Part shown: positions 10,215 through 22,692 of the stretch, one piece after another | Layout of the letters: each line of letters opens with the position of its first letter | How positions within the stretch are numbered: position 1 is the first letter of the stretch | DNA from: an uncultured Planctomycetota bacterium | Lineage (GTDB): Bacteria > Planctomycetota > Planctomycetia > Isosphaerales > Isosphaeraceae | DNA length: 64,000 nt | Direction: 5' to 3' | Assembly (NCBI GenBank): GCA_963823665.1 | Contig: CAWGMQ010000011.1 | Location: 928,001-992,000 of the forward strand | Program-made: the position numbers and the translations under genes | Notes under the pieces: generated by a model | Database searches by the model: none | What the model was told of the DNA's origin: nothing | The model's input: the letters and a program-made list of their open reading frames with translations, nothing else

Positions 10215-12385
10215 ATGGCGCGCGAACAGTCGCAAGGCGCAGCCGCGATACTGCTGGAGCCCGCATCCGCACTCGCGAAGACCGAGGTCTCTGTGGCGCT
10301 CGAGGGCGTTTACCACGCTTCGCCCACCCTGCGCCGGAACCTCAATCGACAAGGCAAGCGCGGCGCCCGCGGGCGGCAGGACGAGCCGCAGCGCGATCCG
10401 GACACGGCGGTGGGGTTCGCGCCTCCGCTGGCAAGCCTCATCGGGGCGGGCCTGGCCGTCGGGGCGGTATCGGGATTGCTCGAGCTCCTGGTTCAGGCGA
10501 TTCAGCACCGGATCTTGCATCAGGTGCACTGGCGTACGCTCGTGATCAGCCGGCACGCGGGCTGGATGGTCGTTCTGGTTGCGACCGTATTGACACCATG
10601 CCTCGCCGCTCTGCTCATGGCGCCGGCCTTCTGGTGGGCGGTGCGCCGGAAGCGGCAAGACGCGACAGCGTCGCGGCTGGCCTGGACCTGGGATCTGGCC
10701 GGGATGATCCTCGCCGCGCTCCTGGTGCTGGGACCGATTCAGACGGTCCATGGGCTTGCCCCCACGGCCCCAGTCGTCGTGGCGCTGGGCGCCGGCGTTC
10801 AATTACGGCGATTCGTGGTTCGCCGCTCGGAGGCGTGGCAGCGCACCGCCTGCTGGGCGGGTGGGATCGTGGTCGGATTGCTGCCGATCTACACGTTCTG
10901 GACATGGCATGCGGCCTCGAGCGTGCCCGAGCGAGTGCCTTGCGCAGCCGCCGGCGCACCCAGCGTGCTCTGGATCGTCCTGGACACGGTTCGAGCCGAT
11001 CATACTAGCATATATGGTTATCACCGTGCGACCACACCCCAGCTCGAGGCCTGGGCAAAGCGCGGCATCACGTTCGACATGGCGCGCTCGCCGGCGAGCT
11101 GGACCTTGCCGTCGCATCTCAGCATGTTCACAGGTCTCTGGCCCACTCAGCACGGAGCGCGGGTGGACCGGCCTTACTCGGGGCGCCGCCCACTCTCGCC
11201 GAACATCTGCGCGCCGGGGGATACGTCACTGCGGGGTTCGTGGCGAACGTAAGGATGTGCAATCGCGCTTACGGCCTGGCGCGAGGTTTCGACACCTACG
11301 TCGATTACCCGTGGAATGACGAGGTCTCGCTGAAAGCGGCGATCCACAACTCGGCGCTGGGCTCGTCGGTGCTGGAGGTCGTCAGGCGACTTCGTCTGCC
11401 TGCACCGGACCATTATCCATTCAACTACCGAGTTTCAGCATGCGCGATCGCGAGCCAGGCCAGGGGGTGGCTCGAGCGCGTGAGCGGTCACGAAGGAAGC
11501 ACACGACGCCCTGACGGGCGTCCGTTCTTCCTTTTCCTGAACCTGTTCGACGCGCACGGTCCGTACTTGCCCGACACGACGGGCGAGCGTACCTTCTGGA
11601 CCGGGGCGATCCCGCCGGAGCGGCTGGCCGCGCCGAAGTGCGGTTGGGATGCGCAGAGCGCGTGTAACTCCGCGGCGGCTGTGGAACAACCAGCACGGCG
11701 GCGCGAGCTCGAAACGGTTTGTCGCCGGCTGGGCGATCTCTATGACGAGTGCGTCCACGAGATGGACGCGGTCGTGGGCGGTTTCCTCGAGGAGCTTCGA
11801 GCCGCCGGCACGCTGGCCAATACCTGGGTAGTGATTGTTTCCGACCATGGCGAGCACTTCGGTGAACACGGCCAGTTTGGACACGGCTCGAGCCTGTACA
11901 ATGAAGCGACTCACGTGCCACTCATTCTGATTCCGCCGCTGGGGCCGGAAGACTCGAACGAGGATCCGACTCCGTCACTACGCGGCCGGCGGATCCAGGT
12001 GCCAGTCTCGACGCGCAACCTTGCCCGAACGCTGGCCGAGCTGACCGGTGCGGCAACCGAGAATCCGTTCCCCGGCCAAAGCCTCGCGGGGCACTGGACG
12101 GGAGCGATCAAGACGTCGGTAGAGCCGGTCTTCTCGCAGCTTGTCGAGCCTCGCCTGGGCGGCGATGACTTTCGAACCGAGAACCTCACGAGGATCGAAT
12201 CGGTCATCGAAGAGGATCGGATCTTCATCGATTCCGACGACGAATTCTTCGAGCTTTATCACCTCACCGGCGACTCGCGGCAGCAGTCAAACATGTTCAG
12301 CCAACCAGTCGAGCAGGCTCGGGTCGAACGGTTGCGGCAGACGCTGAACCGCTTTCGTGACGAAGCCGCTGGACCGATCGAATGA
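10215..12385 (+). CDS. Membrane-anchored sulfatase-like/alkaline phosphatase superfamily protein (frameshift near 11180)
   Basis: N-terminal TM helices, IVLDTVRADH, SWTLPSHLSMFTG, DAHGPY, SDHGEHFGEHG. Confidence 0.85.
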
Positions 12386-12487
12386 TGCGCCGGAGCTCGG
12401 CTCTCGAGTGCCTGCGTAGACCTTCATCGTCACGAGCAGTAAAATGTGTCGAGACCCCGGAAGCTACCGCTTCGAGAGGACCCGCCC

Positions 12488-15434
12488 ATGCTCGCTGACG
12501 AGTCTCGGCACGAAGAACGGCAGTTCTCTGATCGCTCCCCCGCAAGGGCCGCTCGCTCGAGCAACGTCGTGCGCCGCAGGCAGGCGCCGGTGGTCGTTCT
12601 GGCAGCGGCCCTCGGGTTCATCTTCAACCCGGCCGCACGGGGTCAGCAGCGACCGCAGTTGCCGCCGCTCGACCCGGGCGCGGTGAAGAGCCGGCTTGTG
12701 GTGCGCACGGTGAAGACGGAGAAGGGTCCCCGCCAGGTCGTCGTGCTCGGCAAGGCTGTTCAAGTGGCGGAGCTGCTGGACTACCGCCCCTTCTACCGCG
12801 CCGAGATACTTCCCCGGGAGTTCCTGCGTCAGGCCGTTCTGATCGCGGCGCGTGACGAATTGGGGCTCGCCACTCGCGACCAGGTGATCGACGATACGTC
12901 GGCCGAGGGCGAAGACGGCGCGATCGCGGTCGCCGAGGTCAGCTACGTGATCCGGAACTACAGGCCGAGCGAACAGATTCGTCGCGTGGGGAAGGAAGGC
13001 GTCGAAGTGCTGCTGGCTCATCCGACGTCGCTTGGGCCCGGTCAGAATCTCGATCTGGGTAAGTTGCTCGCTTCGGCCGAGGCCCTCTCGAGAGAGGAGC
13101 TTCCCCGGGTCCTGAAAGGCCTCGGGCTCGATGGAAGACCGAACGCGATCAATGCCGAGGGCGGATATCCGCGCGAGGTCGAGGAGGCTCTGGGCAGCCT
13201 GGGATATGTGGACGTTCTGCTGGCCGTGCGCGAGGTGCACAGGGCGATCCGTTCCGCCGGTGAGTCGCCCGAGCGATTAGGGGCACTGGTGCGAGGCTAC
13301 GCACTGCTTGGCGTCTTGAGCGAGCACGAATGGCACCCAGCGCATCGGGCGTTCCAGGCCCGATCGCTGCTCTACGCGCAGCGGATGGTCACGCGCGCCC
13401 GGAGACGCCGTGGGGCCTCTGGCACCGGGCGTTTGCCTGGGCACTGGTGGGCCGGCATGCGGACGCTCTGGCCGACCTTGACGAGGCGAAGCAAAAGGAG
13501 CCGGGCAAGAAGCCGCCGGAGACGCCGGGATGGATCGGGCTCATCGATGCCTATGCGCATTACGACTCGGGCCGTCTCGCGCGCGACGAGGGCCCCAAGA
13601 ACAAGCTCGCCGCCCTTTTGTGCATGCTGAGCCTTGGCTACCCGCGTGCAACCGGGATCGGCTTGCAGTCAGCCAAGGACGTGGTCGCGCTCCAGGGCGA
13701 TTGCTTCCGCGCCCATGACGTCATGAGCGAATTCCCCGGGGTTTCGACGCAGCTCATGACGACCATGATTGCGCCCCAATCGCTCGAGCAATTGCTGTTG
13801 GAGAAGCTGCCCGGGCTCGAGGGAATACCCGCGGACGTGAAGCGGCAACTGGCCAACCGACAGGCAGCCTTCGCGGCGGCCGCAATCTTTGACAAGGCGG
13901 GCGCCCCGGAACTCGACACGGGAGAGCCGGCGTGGGGAGCGGTGGCTCGAATGATCCGCGAGACTCGCTTCGTCCACATCTTCCGGCGGTTGTACTTCAT
14001 GAAGTACATGTGGGCCGTTCCCGTCGAGGAGTACTGGAACGAGGTGCGCCCGGAAATCGGCGGCCATCGCTACAGCCCTTTTCTGGAGATCATGACAACC
14101 GCTCCAGACGCCCTGGCGAAGTTCCGGCAGTTCGCCGAACGGATGGACCTGGCCGATATCGAGATGACCGAGCACCAGATGAACCAGACCCTGTGGAACC
14201 TCGGGCGGCCGCGGGACCGTGCCGCCTGGACTCTCGCGATGGCCCACGAGGACGAGACTGCCCGAATGGAGCACTCGCTCTGGTGGGCCCAGGACCCAGA
14301 GAAGCTCGGAATCGCGCAAAAAATGCTCAGGTTCAGCCCGTTTCATGCTTTCGCCCGTACCATCTGCATTTACAAGGATTGGGATAACGTCAAGGGTGAG
14401 GCGGCGGGTTGGGAGAAAGAATCGGGCGTGTCGCCGGCCGTGCTCTACGCACTTGCCCGGCATTATTCCGAGGCCAAGCAATATGCCGACGCCGAGCGAG
14501 TCCTTTTGCGCTCTATCGTGCTTTCACCCGATCTATCGACCTATGAGGCTCTCGCCGAGAACTTCAAGGCCCAGGGCAAGATCGACCGCTGGCAAGCCAC
14601 GCTCGAAGAGTTTCTCGCCAAGGTGGAAGATCTCGGGCTGGACCACGCGCACGTGCGCGTCCACATCGCGGAGCACTACATGGATCTCAAGCAGTGGGAT
14701 AAAGCCAGGCAATACGCCGACGCCGCCGCGACCACGGGCGCCGGGTGGGCGATGCTCTGTGCGGGCAACTGCGCCGAGGGTGCCAGGGATTGGGGCCGTG
14801 CCGAAACCTGGAACAGGGCCGTCACCGAACGGTATCCAGAGACTGACTTCGCTCGATGGTATTTCTTCTGCAAACGAACCGGGCGGGGCGACCTGGCGGC
14901 CGCGCACGAATCACTTGACCAGTACCTGAAGGCGCACGTCGATCGCGCCGACCTCCAGACCGAGGACTACGCGGGCTACTTCTACTGGCTCGAGGGGCGC
15001 AGCGACGTGGCGAAAAAGGCGTTTACGCGTGCCTTCCAGAATCGCAGGTCGATTTCGGCGGCGATCGCGCTGGCGATCATGGCCGACGATGAGAAGGACG
15101 CATCGCGCCGCAACGAACTGCTCAGGGAGCTTGTGACCAAGCACAAAGACCAGGCGCCAGATCGCTCGAAATCTGCCGGATCTTCCTCGAAACGGTCTTC
15201 GCGCCGGAGGGCTCGAGCCGCCCACTCGACATTGCCGCGGTCGACCGGGGTCTGGAGAGCATCCCTGAAGACGGGCGCAGCAACGCCGAGTTCTTTGTGG
15301 GTTGGTTCCTGAAGAACCACGGTCAACCTTCTCTGGCAAGGAAGTACCTGAAGCACGCGGATAGGTCGGAATACACGAATGTCTGGTGCAGCTTCCTGGC
15401 CAAGGATGTGCTCAAGCGAATGGAGGCGAAGTGA
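12488..15434 (+). CDS. Large TPR-repeat protein (frameshifts near 13400 and 15160)
   Basis: Helical TPR-like repeats across ORFs 12446-13630 and 13330-15312; reconstructed stop overlaps next start (TGATG). Confidence 0.7.
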
Positions 15435-17945
15435 TGGCGGCGCTGCCGCGCTTCGCGGCACTCGTGACCGCTCTGGTCTTCTGCGAGCCGTTGCCGTTAG
15501 GCGCGCAACCGCCGGCCAACCAGCCCGCGGCGGTCGATTCGCTCGGAGACCCCCTGCCCTCGGGCGCACGGCTGCGTCTGGGAACCTCGCGGTTTCGTCC
15601 GCCTTCGAGTGTTGCCGAGCTGGCACTCGCGCCCGACGAGAAAACGATCGTCAGTGTTGGGGGCGAGCTGATCGCGTGGGATGCGGCGACCGGCAAGGAA
15701 CTGTGGCGTGCCAGTCCACGCGATTTCGGCGTAGGCATCCGGAACTCCTCTTACGGTGTCCGCGCGGTGGCATTTGCACCCGACGGCTCTCGGCTTTACA
15801 CAGCGGGAAAACCCGACGAGGTGGTGATCTGGCACACTTTGGACGGCATCCACGAAGTACTCACGATCAAGGCATCACGCAGGAATCCCAGCCCAATTTA
15901 TCAAGGTGCTCGCTCGGTTGACGTCGCGCCCGATGGCCGGAAGCTGGCGCTGGGATCTGCCAGCGGCCTGTTCGTTTGCGATCTGAGCGGCAACGTGCGC
16001 TACGACATCGCCAATGCTCCGGAAGGTCCGGCCGACCTCGACCGCAACGACCGGCTGAGCTTCGCGGGCCACTACAGCCTGGGCCGATTCTCGCCGGACG
16101 GGAAGCTGCTGGCTGTCGTCACGAGCGACCATCCCGACGTCGTCCAGTTGTGCGACGCCGAAACGGGGCGCGTGCTGCGCAAGGTGGCGCTCCAATCGCG
16201 ACTGGTTCGACTGGCGTTTTCACCCGATTCGAAGCAGCTCGCCACGACCGAGCGCGATAGCGCCGTGCGGCTCTACGACACCGCTACGGGCACGCGGCTC
16301 TGGTCGCACGTCGTCAAACTCACGAACCGCTACGAGAACTACACATCGGCCCTGGCATCCGACCCCGACGGCAAGCTTCTGGCTGTCTGCGCCACCGACA
16401 ATCGCATCTACTTGATCGACGCCTCAACCGGCCTCGAGACCGCGGCACTCGAGGGCCATCAGTGGTATCCGTGGGCGGTTGCCTTCACAAGAGACGGCAA
16501 GATGCTCTACTCTTCGGGCTGGGATGGATTCATCCGTCGATGGGACGTCGCAGCGCGGAAACAGCTCGCGCTGCCGGCCGGCGTTCGGGCGACGGGAGTG
16601 GTCGCGGCGTCGCCCGATGGGCGGACGCTGGCTTATGAGATCGATTCGGGCGTTATTCGCATCTTCGATGCCGAGTCAGGTAAGGCAGGCCGCTCACTTG
16701 CGCTTGAGAACACGAAATACTCGCAACTCACGTTCTCGCCAGACGGCCGGAGTCTCGCGGGCGGCGGCACGTGCGGCAATCAGGTTCATGTCGCGCTCTG
16801 GGACGTTGGCGGCGGGGCGCTCATCCACCGCTGGGACTGGCCGACGGGGCGCGACCCGCATTCCGACGTCGAGTCACTCTGCTTCGCGCCGGACGGAAGC
16901 CGGCTGGCCGCCGCTGTGTTCCGCCAGTCAGCGGCGTACGATTGGGACCTGAGGACGAGCAAGCAGACCTCACGCATTGAGCATGCACAAATCTATGGAG
17001 CATCATTCAGCTCCGACTCCCGGACGCTATTGACCGTTGGTTGGGACTCCGTCATCCGGTTCTGGGAAGCGAGCACGGGCGCGGCCACCGACGAAATAAA
17101 GGTCCTTGATGCGGATCCCAACGGTGACCTGAGGATGTATGCGGTGTGCTCCGAGCCCGGAGGGAACATGATTGCGACCGCACATCTTGACGGAGTCGTA
17201 CGCATCTGGGACGCTGGCACGCACAAGCTGCGGACTCGCTTTCAAGTGCGGGGTCGTTTCGTCCACGGGGCCCTGGCTTTTTCGCGAGACGGTCTCTGGC
17301 TCGCCACGGGCGCCATGGATGGCAGTGTCAGCGTGTGGGACCCCAAGGGCGGGAAGATCGTCCGGGATGTCGGCCGGCACCAGAGCTACGTCTACACGCT
17401 CGGGTTCGGCCGCGGGATTGGATCACTCGCCAGCGGCGGATCAGACGGCCTCTGCTACCTCTGGGATTTGCAGCCCCAGGGCACCCGTGCGGATCGTGAC
17501 CTGGGCCGGCTCTGGCAGGATCTCGTCGGAGAAGACGGCCCGACCGCGTATGAAGCGATCTTCGCCTTGTGCGAAACGCCCGACCGCGCCGTCGCCATGC
17601 TCGCGGAGCGTTTGCGCCCCGTGCAGACCGTTGTCGACCTGGACCGCATCGCCGAAGGAAGCGCCGACGAGGAAGCCCAGCGCCGGCGGCGCTTGACCAT
17701 GCTTCTGGTCGAACGAGAACCCGAAGGTGAAGCTGGCCATCGGCGTGAGGCGCACCGTATCGCTGCTCGAGCAGATCGGCACCCCGGCGGCGACCGCGTT
17801 ATTGAAGGAGCTCGCTGCGCAAGGCGCGGCGAAAGACATGGGCCGGCTTGCGGCGGCAGCGCTCGAGCGATCAGGCGCCGGGCGAAGACCGTCAAGCCCT
17901 GACGGCGTCGATGATTCACCGGCGTCGCGACCTCGCCCGCACTAG
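15434..17945 (+). CDS. Secreted WD40 repeat protein (frameshift near 17720)
   Basis: Signal peptide, DSLGDPLPSGARLRLG start typical of planctomycete WD40 proteins, many WD repeats, C-term LLEQIGTPAATALLKELA. Confidence 0.88.
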
Positions 17946-18930
17946 TAAACCTACAGGACATTTACACGAAACGGAGGTGCCGTGGCATTGGCATGTCTTA
18001 TACTCAATGTCAATCCCCGGTAGCTTTTTCAGTCGAGATGAGCGGCCCGAGGAAAGATGTCCGGAGCGGAACGATGCCGAACAGAAAGGCGAAACCAAGT
18101 CCATCGCTCGGCGCACGAAGCGTTATATTGCGGCGCACCCGGCAACCGGCCATGAGGATCGTCGCATCTTTACTTTTTTGCGGAGATTAGCTGTGAAGAA
18201 AGCCCAGAATTCCGCGCCCAAGGCGATTGAACCCCCGACGACAAGCACGCCGACGCCGGGCCCGCCCCGTGAGCTGGCGCGCCCCAGGAACGGTGTTCGA
18301 ACGGGGAACGCTCTCGGCGTCGACAAGCTCTCCGGCCCGGACGGCGGCGGGAAGAGCCCCAAGCACTTTACCCCGCTCGCGGACAAAGTCGCTGCCAGAA
18401 CTCGCTGAACGAACGAGCGCTTAGAGCGTAATCCGTTCTGCTGATCTAATTTACAGTCGCACACTCCTCGTATAGCGTTGTCGTTCGCGGCAACGCGACC
18501 GGCCCGGATTGCCCCGTCCGGGCCGGTTCTCTCCTCCAGCCTGATTGCCCCAAGCCACGTCCACAACTCCGCTCTCGCCAGGCGATCGTCCTCACTTCTG
18601 CCCCTGCCAGAAACTGAGCGACCTACCACGGCACAAGCGTCCATGCTTGGGTGGACGTGTGCGATTAGCAGCCGGACGTTTCAGCCGTTCCGATGCTGCG
18701 AATCGGAACACTACCGTCTTTGGTGTGCAGAAGTTGCCTCATGAAATACTGCCTAGATTGACGATATTTCCAAGGAAATCTCGATTTTAGACGAGATAAG
18801 GCCTGGTCTGGGCAATATGGGAAGGTATAGTAGATCTCGCAGTCAATGATGACTGGGCTGATTTAATGGTCGGATTGAAAGTGGCTCAATGGTGGGTGAC
18901 TGCGTAGATCAGCGAAGAGGATTCCGCACG

Positions 18931-20214
18931 ATGTCAGTGACTGAAGCTCGGCCCACCTTCGATGACCGTGCGCTTCAGGCCAAGATCGGCCGGCTCCGTC
19001 ACGTTGACAATCACACCAATCTGATCTACCTGGCGATCGAGTACCTGAGTCTGCTGGCGGTGATCGGGGGCGCGGTTGTGTTCGCGGAATACCGCGGGGC
19101 CTGGGGGCTTGCGTGGGCGTGGAATATTCCGGTCTTCATCACGGCGATCATTTTGGTCGGCGGGCTCCAGCACCGGCTTGCCGGGCTGGGGCACGAGTCA
19201 GCGCATTACTCATTCGTCCGCAACCGGTTTCTGAACGATTTGATACCTGATATTTTTTGCATGTTTCCCCTGCTGACGACGATCCACTTTTACCGCTTGT
19301 TCCACCTCGGGCATCACCAGTTCACGAATGACCCCGAACGCGACCCGGATCTGCTAAACCTCGGTCACGCCAAGCGAGCGGCCGACTTTCCGATGACGCG
19401 CTGGCGGTTCATCACGAAGGTTTATTTCGCGATCGTGGTCGCGCCGCTGCGGTTTCTCCAGTATCAAGGCGCGTACATGAAGGTGAATTTGCTCGGCCTG
19501 GGCCGCAACGTCTATGCCGAGAGAGCTCGCGGCCGGTCGGAGCCGCCGGCGCGAGGGATCCGGCTCGCGACGGTGCTTGGCATCGCCTACATTGCAGGGC
19601 TGCTCTTCGTCTTGCGCTACCTCACGGCACACGACCGCGTGATGCTGCTTGTGCCGGCTGGGTTTGCGGGGATTGGCCTGCTCGCCATGGTGATCTACCT
19701 CCTGCCCGATTGGGCGATCTATCGGTCGCCGCTTCGTCAGGTCTATTCGACGCGGTTTGCAAGCATGCTGAGGATGAGCTACTACACGGTTTTGCTGGTG
19801 GCGCTCACCCACGCGCGGTGGTACACCGGAGGGCGGTCGGCGATTTACCCGGTGCTTCTCTGGTACATTCCGCTCGGAACGTCGTTCATGTTCTTCATGT
19901 TGCTGAGAGACGTTTACCAGCACTCCAACGCCGATGACGGGCGATTGACCAACTCGCGGGTGTTCTTCACCGATTTCTTCACCCGGTGGGCGGTTTTCGT
20001 GTATGGCCAGGACATGCACATCCCTCATCACTTGTTTCCGGCCGTGCCCCACTATCGGCTCGGGAAGCTGCACGACCTCTTGAAACAAGATCACGAGGTT
20101 TATCGCTCGCAGGTCGTCGAGACACACGGAACGTTTCACGACGAGCTGGGACGCACGACGATCCTCGACGAGATGACTCGCCCGCGGCGCACGAGAGTCG
20201 TCGGCGTGGACTGA
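18931..20214 (+). CDS. Membrane fatty acid desaturase family protein
   Basis: Three His boxes (HESAH, HLGHH, HIPHH) and several TM segments. Confidence 0.88.
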   Translation: MSVTEARPTFDDRALQAKIGRLRHVDNHTNLIYLAIEYLSLLAVIGGAVVFAEYRGAWGLAWAWNIPVFITAIILVGGLQHRLAGLGHESAHYSFVRNRFLNDLIPDIFCMFPLLTTIHFYRLFHLGHHQFTNDPERDPDLLNLGHAKRAADFPMTRWRFITKVYFAIVVAPLRFLQYQGAYMKVNLLGLGRNVYAERARGRSEPPARGIRLATVLGIAYIAGLLFVLRYLTAHDRVMLLVPAGFAGIGLLAMVIYLLPDWAIYRSPLRQVYSTRFASMLRMSYYTVLLVALTHARWYTGGRSAIYPVLLWYIPLGTSFMFFMLLRDVYQHSNADDGRLTNSRVFFTDFFTRWAVFVYGQDMHIPHHLFPAVPHYRLGKLHDLLKQDHEVYRSQVVETHGTFHDELGRTTILDEMTRPRRTRVVGVD

Positions 20215-20242
20215 CAGGCTGGACGGTCCGCAACGGCGGACC

Positions 20243-22677
20243 CTACTTGCGGGCGAAGAAGAGTCCGGCGGCCAGCAGGCCTACGCCGATGATGCTGGGG
20301 ATCACGCTGGGGTCGAGCCCGGCGGGCGCAGGCAGGCCGAGGCGAGGAGCGAGGATCGGGATCGCCGCGGCGGGGACGGCGTAAAACGCGATGCGAGCGC
20401 CGCCGATGAATGACGACACGATGAGAATGAGACCGCCGGCGCCGGCGCCGAAGGATGAAAGTGCAGCCAGGACCGCGGGCGGCAGCACCGGCAGGTCGAG
20501 CTGTTGAGTCGGCTTGGCGGCTCTCTCCCTCGCATGCGCGACGCCGGAGAGCGCGTGCGTCTGGACGGCGTTCAGATCCCCTGTCTTGGCAGCCTCGACG
20601 AGCGCCTGCGCGTGTTCTGCCGAGATCATCGCGTTCTGGTGCATCCAGACGATGCAGCCGGCAAGGAGTGCAGCGCCGGCGAGGAATCGGATCTTCGGGC
20701 CGAATACGACGCTCGCGAGCTTGGCGAGCAGATTGCTGCGATCGCGCGGCACGGAGCGGTCCTCCAGGAGGCCGCGTTCGTGTTCGAGCAGGACCGATTC
20801 CGCCTTGACCGCGGCGTCGCGCATCGCCTCGACGATCGAGCGGTTGACCATGATCGTTCCCTCGCGGGGTCGGATCGTTTCCCGAATTTCGGCGGCGGTC
20901 ATTACCATCGCCCGAGCCGCTCGCTGGGCCTTGCGGCGGGCAGTGAGCAGGTTGACCCCCTGAGCTTGCAAGCCGCGTTCTTCGAACTTCTGGAGCACCG
21001 CTCGCTCGTTCGCCTCGCGGCGCACGGCGCGCGTCGAGTCGATCCACCGGACGAGCGGGTCGCGCCACGGCGCAAATTTCGGCCGGGCCTTCCCGGCGTC
21101 GATCCTTCCCCACCGGTCGCGGGCCTGCAACAACGCCGGGTAGCCGAAGAGCGTCTCAAACAGCTCTTCCCAGTAAGTTCCGCTCGAGAAGCACACGAGC
21201 TGCCGCACCAGATCTTCGTCGAAGCCTTGCCGGCGCAGCGATCGGACAACTTCTTGCGCGAGCTCGAGCGGCCCGCGGCGCTCGGACGAGGCGTGAAGGT
21301 CCAGAACGCGCAAGCCCAGCGCGATGCCAACCGCGGCCAAAACGAGCGCCACACAGATCCAGAAGAGCTTCATGATCAGGAGCACAACGACGAAGACCGC
21401 GGCGGCGGCTATTCCGGTCAGCCACTCGGAGACCGAGCTTCCCAGCACGAGTGCGCTGGCCTTTTGAAAAAGCGTCGTCTTGAGTCTGAACCCGGCGATG
21501 GCGAAATCAGCCAGCGCGGTGAAGATTCCCAGGCCCAAGATCGCGGCGGCGCTGAGCCACCAGCCCAGGGACGAGAACAAAAGCGCGAGGCCCGCGCAAC
21601 CCGCGAGGATCGCCATTGTGATCCTGGTACGCAGCCGCGCGGATGGGGACTCGTGCCACGCGGTTGCGCTCTGTTGGAGCAGGGCACGCTGCTCCTCGCC
21701 GAGAGCCACCGCACGCGAGCTTGGAACGCCGAGAATCGCTTCGAGGTCGCGGATGACATCGCCCATGCCGGCGTGCCGATCTTCGGGTCGCCTGGCTGCC
21801 ATTTTCAGGACAACGGCCGAAAGTGAGCTCGGAACGGATTTGACCCTTTCCTCGGGGAACACGATCGGCCGGGTCTGCTGCCTGTCGAAGATCTCAACGG
21901 TGGTTCTGCCTTCGAACGCGGGGCGGCCGGTGAGGAGGAAATAGAGCGTGCAGCCGAGCGAGTAGATATCGGACCGAGGTCCGACCGCGGCCGGACTGCC
22001 GGCGAGCTCGGCGCGCTGAATCCCGGAGTACCGATCGAGATGCTCGGTAACGTGGTCTGATCCGAGGACGGGACTGCGGCCGCCGCTGGCTTGCGAGAGA
22101 ACGCGGCTTCTTCGGCTGCGGCGGCATCAGGTGTCTTGGCGAGCCCGAGGTCGACCACCTTGACGAGGCCGCTCTGGTCAACGTAGAGCACCTCGGGGCT
22201 CAAGTCGCGGTGAAAGAGGTTCTGGTCGTGAGCGCACTTGAGCCCGCGCGCAGCCTGGAGCACGTATCCGACGGCCTCTTTGAATTCCAGAGGCGAGCTC
22301 TCGTGAACGAGGGTGGCAAGAGATTTGCCGTCGACGAATTCGGTTGTGAAGTAGATGACGCCCTTTTGCTCGCCGAATTCGTGAATCGAAGCGATGTGAT
22401 GTTCCGAGAGCTGGGCGGCCGCATAGGCTTCGCGGGTGAACCGTGCGACGAATGCAGGATTGCTCGCCCATTGCGGCTTCATGACCTTGAGGGCCACGTC
22501 ACGGTGAAACGAAAGCTGGCGGGCGAGATAGACGGGCCCGAGGGTCCGGCGTGCGAGCTCGCGACGGACGAAGCAGCCGCCCAAGAATGTGGGGAAGGAA
22601 GCGGGGCGGGTCGCGGGCGACAAGTCGGTTTCCCCCGTCTCAGAAGTGCAAACAACCGATCCTGCGCAGCGTATCAC
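20243..22677 (-). CDS. Membrane Ser/Thr kinase-like protein with degenerate catalytic motifs (frameshifted)
   Basis: VALKVM, RFTREA, HRDLSPEV, DLGLAK, GTPGF; TM-rich C-terminal half in ORF 20243-21862; start uncertain. Confidence 0.8.
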
Positions 22678-22692
22678 GGTGTCGTACGCGTG

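Noticed and set aside
17950..18890. Short ORFs between the WD40 and desaturase genes
   Set aside because: No recognisable motifs; probably intergenic/regulatory
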